The translations under genes and the position numbers were made by a program. From contig CBDUQO010000001.1 in NCBI GenBank assembly GCA_965369365.1, positions 1-44,496 on the forward strand: a stretch of 44,496 nucleotides of DNA, written 5' to 3'. Within the stretch, counting starts at the first letter, position 1; the number at the start of each line of letters is the position of its first letter. The DNA is from an uncultured Methanosarcinales archaeon. GTDB lineage: Archaea > Halobacteriota > Methanosarcinia > Methanosarcinales > Methanogasteraceae. Of this stretch, positions 1 through 9,472 are shown piece by piece. The notes beneath the pieces were generated by a model, which did not search any database, had not been told where the DNA came from, and saw nothing but the letters and a program-made list of their open reading frames with translations.

Positions 1-55
1 CCACAACCGGATGCGGAACTGACGGCACGGCCCTTTCAGTACTCAGGGAGGCAAA
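1..55. repeat. Terminal overlap: bases 1-55 are identical to 44442-44496 (circular closure or terminal redundancy of the contig)
   Basis: Direct comparison of the first and last 55 bases; the capsid reading frame is continuous across the join. Confidence 0.95.
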
Positions 56-479
56 GAAGCAGATCAAAGGATCTCGCACAACGGGCGGATTCGCGGCTGA
101 CACGGTCCTCATGACCAGCGACTTCGAAGAGGATCTTCTGCTGAACAACAACCTGGCTTATGCGAGTTATGCGGGCGGTTCTGAGGCTATCCGCAGCGGA
201 ACTCTGCCAACACGCCTGCTCGGCATGAAGTGGATGATATCTGACAACGGATCTCCCACCGTTGACGGCAGCAATCCCTGGGAGTACGGAAGCAACAACG
301 ATGTCGGGGCGATCGTGATGGAGGCAAAGCGCGGGTGCGGCGTTGCTATGCGCAGAGACCGGACTGTGAAGAAGTTCGAGGACATTACACGAGAGCTTCA
401 GACGATCACGGTTACGATGCGGGCAGACGTTAATTATCTGCACGCCGACGCCGTCGCAAAGTGTAATTGGCTAACCTAA
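3..479 (+). CDS. Major capsid protein, C-terminal part (continuation of 43805-44496; whole gene about 371 aa on the circle)
   Basis: Open frame from base 3 with no start. It is in frame with 43805 once the 55-bp overlap is removed. It sits after protease/scaffold and decoration genes. Stop TAA at 477-479. Confidence 0.8.
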   Translation, partial: TTGCGTDGTALSVLREAKKQIKGSRTTGGFAADTVLMTSDFEEDLLLNNNLAYASYAGGSEAIRSGTLPTRLLGMKWMISDNGSPTVDGSNPWEYGSNNDVGAIVMEAKRGCGVAMRRDRTVKKFEDITRELQTITVTMRADVNYLHADAVAKCNWLT

Positions 480-508
480 GAGGGGGATCACCCCTCTACT
501 TTATTTTT
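479..508 (+). terminator. Hairpin plus T-tract after the capsid gene
   Basis: gagggg-gatca-cccctc stem-loop directly after the stop, then actttattttt. Confidence 0.5.
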
Positions 509-745
509 ATGCTCACATCTGGCTCTGAGAAATGGCTCCATCATGCTTATGAGGGTGACCGCCGTGAGGCACTCAGGGACTCCAGGCGATTCACCGACGC
601 AGAACTCGACGATCTCGGCGTTGATCGGATACGCGGCCGCGGGGTGAACGATCCGAAAACATATCTGATCGATACAAGCCCGATCGATCCAAATAGCGAT
701 TCGGGGGGTGTGGTCGATATTCGAACGATTCCGGGGCATGATTAG
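509..745 (+). CDS. Hypothetical protein (78 aa)
   Basis: First ATG after the capsid terminator; the listed ORF start at 467 overlaps the capsid stop and hairpin. Ends TAG, immediately followed by an in-frame TAA. Confidence 0.45.
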   Translation: MLTSGSEKWLHHAYEGDRREALRDSRRFTDAELDDLGVDRIRGRGVNDPKTYLIDTSPIDPNSDSGGVVDIRTIPGHD

Positions 746-787
746 TAACACAGTAACTACAATAAAGGCAACACCGAGGACTTAATA

Positions 788-1066
788 ATGAAATGGATTA
801 TACTATTGATCTTATTGGCGTTTGTTAGTGGCGCAAGTGGTGGGGATGGAGTGGTAACGATTCCAAGCGGAACTTGGTTCTCCACTTTCCTGATTGGCTC
901 AGACATCATGACGGTCACAGAAATAAAAGCGTCAATGAGTGCCAGCGGACTCGATCCGTGGGGTATATATCGATGGGTCGGCACGGGATATGCAACTACT
1001 GGCGAGGTCAAACCATGTGAGGGGATCGTGGTTTACTGCAATAACACAGGCGGATGGTCGATATGA
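788..1066 (+). CDS. Small secreted protein (signal peptide MKWIILLILLAFVSGASG)
   Basis: N-terminal hydrophobic signal sequence; ATGA overlap with the next gene. Confidence 0.6.
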   Translation: MKWIILLILLAFVSGASGGDGVVTIPSGTWFSTFLIGSDIMTVTEIKASMSASGLDPWGIYRWVGTGYATTGEVKPCEGIVVYCNNTGGWSI

Positions 1067-3078
1067 AAAATATACTAATACTAATTTTTGTAATACTGAT
1101 GATGGTGAGTACAGCAGGAGCAGCAGAGCACTACTTAGCCACAACGGGCAGCGACGGAAACGGAGGCACATCGCTATCAGACGCATGGCTTACACCATCC
1201 TATGCAGTAGCTCAGATCGCAGCAGGTGATACTCTGTGGGTTGTGGACGGGCTGTATAATGAGCCTAACACCTTTGAGGTCGAGGCACATCAATTCGGGA
1301 ACACCACGCACTGGACGAAGATCATAGCGTATAACGGAACGCCAGTGTTTGACGGCGGTGGTGCGCTGACAAGGGGTATGAAGATCGGTGAGTCGCCTGA
1401 TCCACACTACAATCCGGGATACGTACACTTAGAAGGGCTAACCTCAAAATCGTATGGCATCGGGATAATATACGTCGAGCGGGTAACGGATGTAACAATC
1501 ATCAATTGCTCGTTTGAAGATTCCCTGGTCGGTCTACCAACGTGGCGGTCTCTGATGGATCTCGGCGACGCTGTACGAAATATCACGATAACCGGGTGCA
1601 ATTTCAATGACACCGGCAATTTCGGTATAAACCTTATGGGCGACCGCAATAATACGGATGGTGTTGATACGGAATCCTACAATATCATAATAGATAATTG
1701 CTACTTCGAGAACACGACAAATCATGATGCCTTACAGATCGGAAATTATGCGTACAACATTACAGTGTCGAACAACACGTTTGTAGATTGCTATGGAGGG
1801 GCTGGAACGTATTTTCATGAGATTGACGATCAGCCGAACCGCCAGACAGACATCTCGATCCGAGACAACATATTCACGAACATGAAACATTATGCGATAT
1901 TCGCCGCGGGGATGCATCACTCGATTATCGAGAATAATATAATAACCAATACGGGCGCCTCGGCGTTTGTGGTATGTTATTATGCTAATAACGTCTTGAT
2001 ACGGAACAATACCGTTATTAATGCATCACGAATGTATGATGATAATGTCGCATCCCGCCCAAATATCGATCTGATTTTTGAGGATAATATCTATGATACC
2101 AGGCGAACGTCAGAAGACTATTATGGACGGGGTGGTGGAAAGCTCACAATCCGAAACGATGCACATAAATCAAGTTACCGCGTTGAGATCAGGGCACAGG
2201 AGCGGGACGCTTATGCGATCTTTGAGCACGACGACGGGCGGCTTATGCGGCGGGGTAGCTTCACAAATCCTTCAGGATCTAATTGGTCTATAACAGAATT
2301 AAGAAATTACCCACTTTTGAGTAATTATACAGTGTTTTCAAACGATTCACGGCTATATTGGGATGCATATACCTACAATACGACAGCAAAGCCACAAAAC
2401 GGATACCTATATGATGCCTCGGTGGTGAGTGAATCAACACCAGGAGCCGACGGGATGAATGTGTCACTGACGAGCAGCACCACAGACAACCCAACCCGGG
2501 TAACCTCACTTATGCAGAGACCCGACCAAACATATAACGTGTTGGTGGGTGGCAATCTCGTAGGGAGATGGGTATCTGATGCGAATAAGATCATGAAGTA
2601 TCAGCATAATGCGCCCTGGAGCGGATCCACAGTATTCGAGTTCGCTTGGCACTCTACTGAGGGATATTCAGGAGCGCCAGACGCAAAGAACCTCGAATAC
2701 ACTGCTGGTCCGGAATGGGTCAGGCACACATGGGAAGCAGGTGACGGCATCATCACCGATTCCTACAATGTGAACGTAAACGGAACATGGTTTAATGGCA
2801 CGACCGATACATATTTCCTCGACGAGACCGTTCCAGAACTTGGCTGGTCGGACATCCGAATATTCGGGTACAACAACACTCTCGGTCTCAGCCAGTTCGA
2901 CGAAACGAATAGTGGGCAGTCACTACAGATACCCTGGGCAGTGTCAATCTATAAGGCGTACTACAACAGCACCGACCTAATATATATCACGGCGTTGGAA
3001 AACCATACGAACCTATTTACCAGGCGCATAACGGAAGCAGACAATGTATGCACATTTTCAATGCGGGTGACACTATGA
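1063..3078 (+). CDS. Secreted right-handed beta-helix (pectate-lyase-fold) protein, sequon-rich
   Basis: Signal peptide, then AEHYLATTGSDGNGGTSLSDAW..AQIAAGDTLWVVDGLYNE, the typical N-terminus of parallel beta-helix repeat proteins. Repeated N-x-I-x-x-N/C segments and many N-x-S/T sites. ATG at 1063 overlaps the previous stop. Confidence 0.7.
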   Translation: MKNILILIFVILMMVSTAGAAEHYLATTGSDGNGGTSLSDAWLTPSYAVAQIAAGDTLWVVDGLYNEPNTFEVEAHQFGNTTHWTKIIAYNGTPVFDGGGALTRGMKIGESPDPHYNPGYVHLEGLTSKSYGIGIIYVERVTDVTIINCSFEDSLVGLPTWRSLMDLGDAVRNITITGCNFNDTGNFGINLMGDRNNTDGVDTESYNIIIDNCYFENTTNHDALQIGNYAYNITVSNNTFVDCYGGAGTYFHEIDDQPNRQTDISIRDNIFTNMKHYAIFAAGMHHSIIENNIITNTGASAFVVCYYANNVLIRNNTVINASRMYDDNVASRPNIDLIFEDNIYDTRRTSEDYYGRGGGKLTIRNDAHKSSYRVEIRAQERDAYAIFEHDDGRLMRRGSFTNPSGSNWSITELRNYPLLSNYTVFSNDSRLYWDAYTYNTTAKPQNGYLYDASVVSESTPGADGMNVSLTSSTTDNPTRVTSLMQRPDQTYNVLVGGNLVGRWVSDANKIMKYQHNAPWSGSTVFEFAWHSTEGYSGAPDAKNLEYTAGPEWVRHTWEAGDGIITDSYNVNVNGTWFNGTTDTYFLDETVPELGWSDIRIFGYNNTLGLSQFDETNSGQSLQIPWAVSIYKAYYNSTDLIYITALENHTNLFTRRITEADNVCTFSMRVTL

Positions 3079-4448
3079 AGTCTATCATCATCTGCATACT
3101 TGTTATGCTGTGTGCCGCAGGCTCTGCGCAAGCAATCATCGTAGCGGAAGACGACTTCAACAGGGCAGACAACACGGACATAGGACCAAAATGGTACGAG
3201 GAAGCAAATAATTATGAAATACAGAACAACACTCTGTTTTTCAGGAATGAATCTTCTGCGGCAGTCATCAACCAGAACGTTTCGATTGGCCAAGGCAACT
3301 ATGTGATCGAGTTCACGTATTACGACCTGAACGAAAGTGTCAGCATAGCGAGACTGATGATCCATTTTTACGCACAGTCATACACATCGAGAACAGAATC
3401 GATGGTGATTCAGTTGCGCGAAGCGAACAACTACGCACTCGCGTATTGGGGCAACGGATCCTACACGGGATCAACCCTTAGCGGGATAAGGCTGACAAAC
3501 AACACAGTGTACAAGTTCGATATCACAGGTGACAACGTCACAATCTATCAGAACAATTCTATGGTGGGGTACCTGGAGGCGTGGAGTGATAAGTGGAGCA
3601 ACGGCACAGTAGGCTTCGCGTGTGATGACGCAGCGGGAGCGATAGCACTGGACGACTTCTCTGTAGACGGCGAGGGCATTTCTCCGACAATAATATCGTC
3701 AGCACCACAAGGAAATATCTATCCGGAGGTGGCGGGAACGCATACCTTCAACGTCACGATTAACAAGACCGTGGGGTGTGTGTGGTACGTCAACGGATCA
3801 CTCGCAGAAACAGATCAGGAATCTACAGAACATGCTTACACAAACGATTCTTTAGCTGGCGGCTGGTGCAACGTAACCGCTTACGTAGCTGATATCTTCG
3901 GAAGCGATGCAAAAACGTGGATCTTCGAGGTCGGGGCGGACTCTATAACGTTCATAGTCCTGCAAGACACACCGACAAACCAAACCACCATAGCAGAATG
4001 GGATGTGGTCCGGATCGGGTCGAACGTAACCGAGTGGTCGTATAACCAGTCGGTTTCCGTGGCTGGTTGGACTTATAGTATGCGGTTCGAGAATGGAACC
4101 CATATTGTGAACCATACAGCGGCTTATACCAATGAAACGCTGTTGTTCAATTGGTCGCCGCTGCTGCCAATCGGGATCTATTATATTGATGCTAAAACGC
4201 CAGACTTGACCGCACCGGCGAACCAATATTACATGTATAATAATTGGTCAACGGATCATACGTTCGCACAGATCGCTGCAAAAGAGAGTAACGATGTTAT
4301 ATACTCATGGTACAACCATACAAGCTTTCTGCACGAGTCGTATTATGTTGGCAGAGCCTACAATGCGGATAAGATCGTTTCGATGAACTGCTCAGTATCC
4401 TGCTTCTTCGATGCGGAAACGATAATACAAGTTACGCCGAGGACATGA
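3075..4448 (+). CDS. Secreted sequon-rich protein, possible lectin/LamG-like N-domain
   Basis: Signal peptide MKSIIICILVMLCAAGSAQA; DDFNRADNTDIGPKW motif; many N-x-S/T sites; ATGA overlaps on both sides. Confidence 0.55.
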   Translation: MKSIIICILVMLCAAGSAQAIIVAEDDFNRADNTDIGPKWYEEANNYEIQNNTLFFRNESSAAVINQNVSIGQGNYVIEFTYYDLNESVSIARLMIHFYAQSYTSRTESMVIQLREANNYALAYWGNGSYTGSTLSGIRLTNNTVYKFDITGDNVTIYQNNSMVGYLEAWSDKWSNGTVGFACDDAAGAIALDDFSVDGEGISPTIISSAPQGNIYPEVAGTHTFNVTINKTVGCVWYVNGSLAETDQESTEHAYTNDSLAGGWCNVTAYVADIFGSDAKTWIFEVGADSITFIVLQDTPTNQTTIAEWDVVRIGSNVTEWSYNQSVSVAGWTYSMRFENGTHIVNHTAAYTNETLLFNWSPLLPIGIYYIDAKTPDLTAPANQYYMYNNWSTDHTFAQIAAKESNDVIYSWYNHTSFLHESYYVGRAYNADKIVSMNCSVSCFFDAETIIQVTPRT

Positions 4449-5143
4449 TGATGAAACATATTATTCTGATACTGCTGGCATTATTTGTGGTTGCGGGAAC
4501 AGCCGCCTCCACGATACCTGCCATCGAAGAGGATAATTACGCCATTATTGTGCTCGTGTGGAGCAACGAGACCGGGGCATTGGAAGAAAACGTAAAGGTG
4601 ACATTCGGGGGCACCCATACACTCACGACCGCAGGCGACGGATCTGTAGTATTCAACACCGCAAACATTCCGGGAACCGCTGACCGCTCATCCATCTCGG
4701 TGAGCTGCAAATATGGAACAAAACAAGCACCGATAATTTACACCACCCGGGGAGAACGTAATTGGGGTACGGCGGTAACGTTCAACGAACCCAGCGAGTA
4801 TGACGCAATGACGATTCTTGCAGCGATGGGATTTGCAGCCGTCGCACTGGGTGGCGGAAGATACCTATTACGAAAGAAAAATACAGGAGATACTGATACT
4901 ATGACAGATGAAACAACAACCACACCAACAGAAGAAAAACCCACCGGATCTAAACTGATGCGGGACTTTGGAGTAAGAGCGCTGTTTGGCACAATAACAT
5001 TGCTTGGGTACATCGTCATCACAACCATCGCGGTACTGTCCGGAACGGGTGAGATGGTCGGAACAATCACAAACTGGTACATGCCGCTGATCATGGCGAT
5101 CGTCGGGTTCTACTTCGGAGGCTCCACGGCTATCAGGAAATAG
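4445..5143 (+). CDS. Membrane-anchored protein: signal peptide, small beta domain, three predicted TM helices, Thr-rich linker
   Basis: MMMKHIILILLALFVVAGTAAS; hydrophobic stretches AMTILAAMGFAAVALGG, ALFGTITLLGYIVITTIAVL and PLIMAIVGFYFGG. Confidence 0.6.
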   Translation: MMMKHIILILLALFVVAGTAASTIPAIEEDNYAIIVLVWSNETGALEENVKVTFGGTHTLTTAGDGSVVFNTANIPGTADRSSISVSCKYGTKQAPIIYTTRGERNWGTAVTFNEPSEYDAMTILAAMGFAAVALGGGRYLLRKKNTGDTDTMTDETTTTPTEEKPTGSKLMRDFGVRALFGTITLLGYIVITTIAVLSGTGEMVGTITNWYMPLIMAIVGFYFGGSTAIRK

Positions 5144-5155
5144 GGGCAAGACATC

Positions 5156-5737
5156 ATGATGCCAGGACCGCCCGCAGGACCCATCTCGCCGTATCACATC
5201 TTTGTTACGGCGGTTCACAACTCCGGCGGGTCTGCTGTAAGCGGTGCACAGTTCACCCTGAAAAACACCACCAAATCGACACAGACAATCGCAACAAGCA
5301 GCGAATCAGATAGTAATATAGTGCTTAATGTGGCGGATTGTGGTGCGTGGGATAATGGCGACGGCATCGAACTTGAGGTGAGTTTCGGCACAGAAAATAA
5401 GACCGAAACAACCACCGTCGATACGGTAACCCACCCAGCGGGGTGGGAATTTGGGCTGATCGTTCTCGAGATAACGAGTGTTGATGTGGCGATGGTGCTT
5501 TCGATGTCACAAGACATTGGAAACGCCGCAGCACGCCACGTCGGTGCGGAGCTGACGCTGGCGCAGTTCATAGGGGTTGAGGATGGTAGTCCTACGGACG
5601 CCGCACTATCTCTTCCCGTAGTGCAATCGGTCACATTCACTGCCACGAGCATCGTCGTTGGCGTTATTACACCCCCCGGGCGAACAGTATACATAACAGC
5701 AGAAACCAGAACACCACACGGAGGATATAATACATGA
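5156..5737 (+). CDS. Hypothetical protein (193 aa), structural-module position
   Basis: Long ORF, ATG start, ATGA overlap with the next gene. Confidence 0.5.
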   Translation: MMPGPPAGPISPYHIFVTAVHNSGGSAVSGAQFTLKNTTKSTQTIATSSESDSNIVLNVADCGAWDNGDGIELEVSFGTENKTETTTVDTVTHPAGWEFGLIVLEITSVDVAMVLSMSQDIGNAAARHVGAELTLAQFIGVEDGSPTDAALSLPVVQSVTFTATSIVVGVITPPGRTVYITAETRTPHGGYNT

Positions 5738-6249
5738 CAGACGGAATCAAAACAATGATCGCACTCACCGACCATTTCGAGGTCGAGTGCCATGACAAAT
5801 ATGGGACGCTCAAGTGGAGGGATACCATCGATAATCTTGTAGTGAACGTAGGACTTGACGACGTACTCGACAAGTATCTGCGGGCAAGCATGCACACTTC
5901 AGAGCATTACGTCGGACTCACAGACGGAACGCCGACGCCAGCCGCCGGAGATACAATGACATCCCACGCAGGATGGGTGGAGGTTGTCGCATACGCAGAA
6001 GCCGCCAGGCAGCTCGCGCAGTGGGGGGCAGTATCGGGGCAGAGCGCCAATAACAGCGCCAATAAAGCAGTGTTCACGATCAATGCAGACGCCACGACAC
6101 TCGGCGGGTGTTTTCTGTGCACAAACAGCGCAAAAAGCGGGACGGCGGGAACCCTCTACGGCGTGGGAGCCTTCAACGCAGGAGACAAGACCCTCGATGC
6201 GTCCGACCTGCTGAACGTAACGGTTACGGCGAACGCCTCTGCAACCTAG
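5734..6249 (+). CDS. Hypothetical virion-module protein (171 aa)
   Basis: Long ORF translationally coupled to its neighbours; no motif I can name. Confidence 0.5.
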   Translation: MTDGIKTMIALTDHFEVECHDKYGTLKWRDTIDNLVVNVGLDDVLDKYLRASMHTSEHYVGLTDGTPTPAAGDTMTSHAGWVEVVAYAEAARQLAQWGAVSGQSANNSANKAVFTINADATTLGGCFLCTNSAKSGTAGTLYGVGAFNAGDKTLDASDLLNVTVTANASAT

Positions 6250-6253
6250 AGCC

Positions 6254-6526
6254 ATGGAACGATCTTTCGTGAAAGACCCGGCGGCAATCCTGGATTATGC
6301 GTTCGACTGGACCGCATGGCTTCAGTTGGGGGAGGCGATCATCAGCCACGTGGTCACGGCGGCTACGGGGATTACGAAAGACGGTGATAGCGAAAACGCT
6401 GGGGTGGTGACTGTGTGGCTGTCCGGAGGTCTTCCGGATCACCGCCATATCGTTACATGCCAGATCACCACAAACCTCGACCGAACCGAGGAACGCAGCA
6501 TGAGAATAATGTGTATGGAGCGATGA
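6254..6526 (+). CDS. Hypothetical protein (90 aa)
   Basis: ORF with KDPAAILDYAFDWTAWL N-terminus; coupled to the connector gene through an ATGATG overlap. Confidence 0.5.
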   Translation: MERSFVKDPAAILDYAFDWTAWLQLGEAIISHVVTAATGITKDGDSENAGVVTVWLSGGLPDHRHIVTCQITTNLDRTEERSMRIMCMER

Positions 6527-6897
6527 TGTACTGCGCTGTCGAAGAACTTATTCGCCTGACAAGCTCAGAACTGCCGCGCTTGACTCTTGAAGATATTATA
6601 GATCAAGCAGACCGGAGGATTGTAGGACGCCTGACAAAAATGGATGTGGGGGTGCCGACCTCCGATGACGTTCTAAAATCCGCATCACTTCAGCTATCGC
6701 AAGCAAGCGTGTTAGCTCATCCGGATAGTGCCCAGATCGCCTCAAGCGTGAAGCTTGGCGACATAACGATCCAGAAGGGGGATGTGGGTGGCACCATCGC
6801 CACGCTCGAAGCCCACGCATGGGCGCAGGTCGATAACTATGTCCTGCGGCATGGACGCGATGCGGCATCGCGGTTCTATTTCCGGAAGGTGAACTGA
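6523..6897 (+). CDS. Head-tail connector / DNA-packaging adaptor (gp6-like)
   Basis: MMYCAVEELIRLTSSELP..LEDIIDQADRRIVGRL N-terminus, typical of head-tail connector proteins. ATG at 6523 overlaps the upstream stop. Positioned before the head-closure gene. Confidence 0.6.
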   Translation: MMYCAVEELIRLTSSELPRLTLEDIIDQADRRIVGRLTKMDVGVPTSDDVLKSASLQLSQASVLAHPDSAQIASSVKLGDITIQKGDVGGTIATLEAHAWAQVDNYVLRHGRDAASRFYFRKVN

Positions 6898-7070
6898 TGA
6901 GCGATAACAAGACGGCGATTGTCACCATCCTGCTTATCACCACCGTATTAGCCACCACCTCGTACTTATCAGGCGTGGCATCCGAGACCCTGATAATGGG
7001 GCTTTCGAGCGCAGGGATAGCGGCAGTAGCTGGACTTTCCGGCTACGAGGTTGGGAAAAACTCATCATGA
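6897..7070 (+). CDS. Unlisted 57-aa two-TM mini-protein
   Basis: My own translation: MSDNKTAIVTILLITTVLATTSYLSGVASETLIMGLSSAGIAAVAGLSGYEVGKNSS. Start overlaps the previous stop (TGATG) and its stop overlaps the next ATG (ATGA), filling the gap exactly. Confidence 0.5.
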   Translation: MSDNKTAIVTILLITTVLATTSYLSGVASETLIMGLSSAGIAAVAGLSGYEVGKNSS

Positions 7071-7414
7071 CATTTAAACGACGCATCACGCAGTATGGGG
7101 AACCCGTGCAGATATGGGGTGCGTCCACCAACACAGACGAACTCGGAAACCCTATAAGCATCTGGGATATCGACAAAGATACTTTTATAGGCGTTGTTAT
7201 GCGCCCCACTGCCAGCGATGAGCGGTTTGGCGGTGGGCGGGTGGCGAAAGCAGACAAGAAACTGCTCGCCCCTCACGACGCCAATATTATTGCAGGGGAT
7301 CGGCTTGAGATCGACAGTATAATGTACGATCTCCTTGGTCTTCCGGCAGACTGGGAGATGAAGCTATCAGGGCGAGTGCAACACCTCCAAATATTCCTTA
7401 GGAGGGTTTTATGA
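7067..7414 (+). CDS. Head closure / head-tail joining protein
   Basis: 115 aa, positioned between the connector and the gp10-family gene; coupled overlaps. Confidence 0.55.
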   Translation: MTFKRRITQYGEPVQIWGASTNTDELGNPISIWDIDKDTFIGVVMRPTASDERFGGGRVAKADKKLLAPHDANIIAGDRLEIDSIMYDLLGLPADWEMKLSGRVQHLQIFLRRVL

Positions 7415-7758
7415 CCTCCGTATCAGTTACAGGGGCGGATAAGGTGGCTGCGAACCTTGCCAAAGCCGCCGTGGCGATAGAGGCGGCGGTAGGCGATGCG
7501 GTGACAGAAGCCGCCACGCTGGTTGAGCGAGAAGCAAAGATGATCGTACCGGTGGACACGGGTCGCCTCCGGAGCAGCATAACCGCGGATGAAAAGGAGC
7601 CGCTACACTACGAGGTCGGGACGAACGTAGAGTATGCTGGAAAGGTCGAGTTCGGTAGTGGGTGGCAGGGTGCACAACCCTACCTGGGTCCTGCGCTTGA
7701 GATAGCCAGGTCTCGGTATCCCGATATAGTTAGAGCTGGGGTGCGGAGCGAACTATGA
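7411..7758 (+). CDS. HK97 gp10-family tail-attachment protein
   Basis: IVPVDTGRLRSSIT and NVEYAGKVEFG motifs, characteristic of the HK97 gp10 family. Confidence 0.8.
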   Translation: MTSVSVTGADKVAANLAKAAVAIEAAVGDAVTEAATLVEREAKMIVPVDTGRLRSSITADEKEPLHYEVGTNVEYAGKVEFGSGWQGAQPYLGPALEIARSRYPDIVRAGVRSEL

Positions 7759-8159
7759 TCTCGATACTAAAAGCGTTCCGGGATGCACTGGCTGCAGAAC
7801 CCGCTGTTTCCGCTCTGGTTCCGGCTGATAATAGCTATGCAGGGCTACGAGATGAGAAAACGCGCCTTCCCGCCATCGATGTTTTTGGGGTGTCAGTGGT
7901 TATGGAAAACCTGGCAGGAGCGAGGGTAGGGGGGATATTTGAATCGTCTGAGGTGATTCAGGTCTCGATCTACAGCCGAGCGGCAGATGCGTCACAACTG
8001 ATATCCGACGTGGTGATCAACACGTATCTCGGAGATAATGCGGCCCTTAATGCGGCGGGCATAAAACTTATTACGCTCATCAACAAAGTAGAGATGAGGG
8101 AGAAAAACATTAGCCATATCGCTTTGCGGTTCAGATATGGCTATCACATGACAATATAA
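7755..8159 (+). CDS. Tail completion / terminator-like protein
   Basis: 134 aa directly upstream of the major tail gene; the assignment rests mainly on synteny. Confidence 0.5.
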   Translation: MISILKAFRDALAAEPAVSALVPADNSYAGLRDEKTRLPAIDVFGVSVVMENLAGARVGGIFESSEVIQVSIYSRAADASQLISDVVINTYLGDNAALNAAGIKLITLINKVEMREKNISHIALRFRYGYHMTI

Positions 8160-8175
8160 AAGGAGATGCATAAAC

Positions 8176-8895
8176 ATGGCAACAATAGTCGGATCGGATA
8201 TCCCGTCGGGAGAGCAGGTAAAATGGTGGATGGGCGGCGCAGAGGCGACGATGGTGCAGGAAACGCTCACCCCCTCCGCGCAGATAATTACCCTGTCGAA
8301 AAAAGCAGAGTATGGCAGCGTGATCACGGTAGACTTGAATGGGTTGCGCACCGATGAGATGCTCGAACTTGATACAACAGCACCCACCGACGCAACAGAA
8401 GCCACGGGAACGTCGTTTGTGGACATCGGCAGCACGACCGGAGATATTGTTGCATATTACATCGATATCGACACATCCGCCCTCGTACAAGTAATGGCGT
8501 GCAAAGATGTGTCGTCCGGGCTGAGCATGGACACAAAAGAGACCGAGGTGCATGGACAGACGCAGAAGCTTCAGAAGGTGGGGGCAGCCGTGCGGACCGC
8601 ATCACTCGAAGAACTCGACTACGACGATAATCTGGTTGGAGCGCTCTTCGGCGACAGTATCGCCGATTCACCGAGCGCGGGGATGCGGAAATGGACCGAT
8701 AACATATCTGCCGCTAAGAAAATCTCTGCACTCGTTGGGAAACAGTATAAGGACGGCGTCCTCATCAAGAAATGGTACCTTATGGGGTGCCAGGTCGCAA
8801 AGATCGATAGCACATTCCCGACTGCGGATTATTACTCGAAACAGATGGATCTGCTTGTTGACTACATGGTTACCGCCACGATGGTGCCGAACTGA
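8176..8895 (+). CDS. Major tail protein (candidate)
   Basis: 239 aa immediately before the G/T chaperone pair and the tape measure. Confidence 0.55.
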   Translation: MATIVGSDIPSGEQVKWWMGGAEATMVQETLTPSAQIITLSKKAEYGSVITVDLNGLRTDEMLELDTTAPTDATEATGTSFVDIGSTTGDIVAYYIDIDTSALVQVMACKDVSSGLSMDTKETEVHGQTQKLQKVGAAVRTASLEELDYDDNLVGALFGDSIADSPSAGMRKWTDNISAAKKISALVGKQYKDGVLIKKWYLMGCQVAKIDSTFPTADYYSKQMDLLVDYMVTATMVPN

Positions 8896-9323
8896 TGCCA
8901 GAATACCCCACAAATCCTGATATCGAGAGGCGGCGATCCGAACGACTCGCCAAAGATGCGGCAGCGCATGCAGAGGGGCTCACGGTCGCAGAGCGCCTCA
9001 CCCGGAGGGCTAAAGAGCAGATCGTGGAGCTCAAGCTCACTGATGAGGGTGGAGAGTTCATAATCTGCATGCGGCAGCCAACTCGGGCAGAGATGGAATC
9101 GCTTCAGAGCACGCAGGAAGCGATAAAAAACGATAGCACGTATGATGAGGCTAACGATGAGCTGTGTACTATGCTCGCACACCTGTGCACCGACGAGAGC
9201 CTAACATACGAGTTTTGGCATGAAGGCGCGTACAGCATGGCCGACCTGATCGAGATTATAACCAAACTGTTTGCATCACTCGTTGGCCGGGTGAAAGCCG
9301 CACAATCCTTTCGCGCAAACTGA
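8895..9323 (+). CDS. Tail assembly chaperone (G-like)
   Basis: 142 aa acidic protein directly upstream of the tape measure; an overlapping downstream frame runs up to the tape-measure start. Confidence 0.6.
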   Translation: MPEYPTNPDIERRRSERLAKDAAAHAEGLTVAERLTRRAKEQIVELKLTDEGGEFIICMRQPTRAEMESLQSTQEAIKNDSTYDEANDELCTMLAHLCTDESLTYEFWHEGAYSMADLIEIITKLFASLVGRVKAAQSFRAN

Positions 9324-9465
9324 TGCAGGACAAGGACTCTTCCAACTGTGCGCAGAGATGGGGAAACTGCCCCACGAACTCCAAACATGCACTGATGACG
9401 AGTTCGAGTATCTGAAAGCGGCATGGAACGAGAAAACCAGGCGGGACGATGAAGGGCGCAGGTAA
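9295..9465 (+). other. Alternative (+1) frame extension of the chaperone (T-like part); no own start codon
   Basis: The frame is open from 9295 to TAA at 9463-9465 and reads ..FAQTDAGQGLFQLCAEMGKLPHELQTCTDDEFEYLKAAWNEKTRRDDEGRR. It overlaps the G stop and ends 7 nt before the tape-measure ATG. Confidence 0.4.
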
Positions 9466-9472
9466 ATAGATA

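Noticed and set aside
1-55. Terminal repeats as LTRs, att sites or biological direct terminal repeats
   Set aside because: An exact 55-bp overlap that reconstitutes an intact capsid ORF is what a circular contig from a k-mer assembler looks like. Nothing in the sequence argues for att sites, and no integrase is present.
5141-5158. TAG at 5141-5143 as programmed readthrough fusing the membrane protein to the next ORF (same frame)
   Set aside because: Frame coincidence has a one-in-three chance. The downstream gene has its own ATG pair and there is a 12-nt spacer. No supporting signal was seen, so it is mentioned only as context for the amber-codon finding.
8176-8895. Contractile tail (sheath/tube pair), i.e. 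myovirus morphology
   Set aside because: There is no ORF of sheath size or sequence between the tail completion gene and the chaperones. The gene order (single major tail gene, G/T pair, tape measure) is siphovirus-like.
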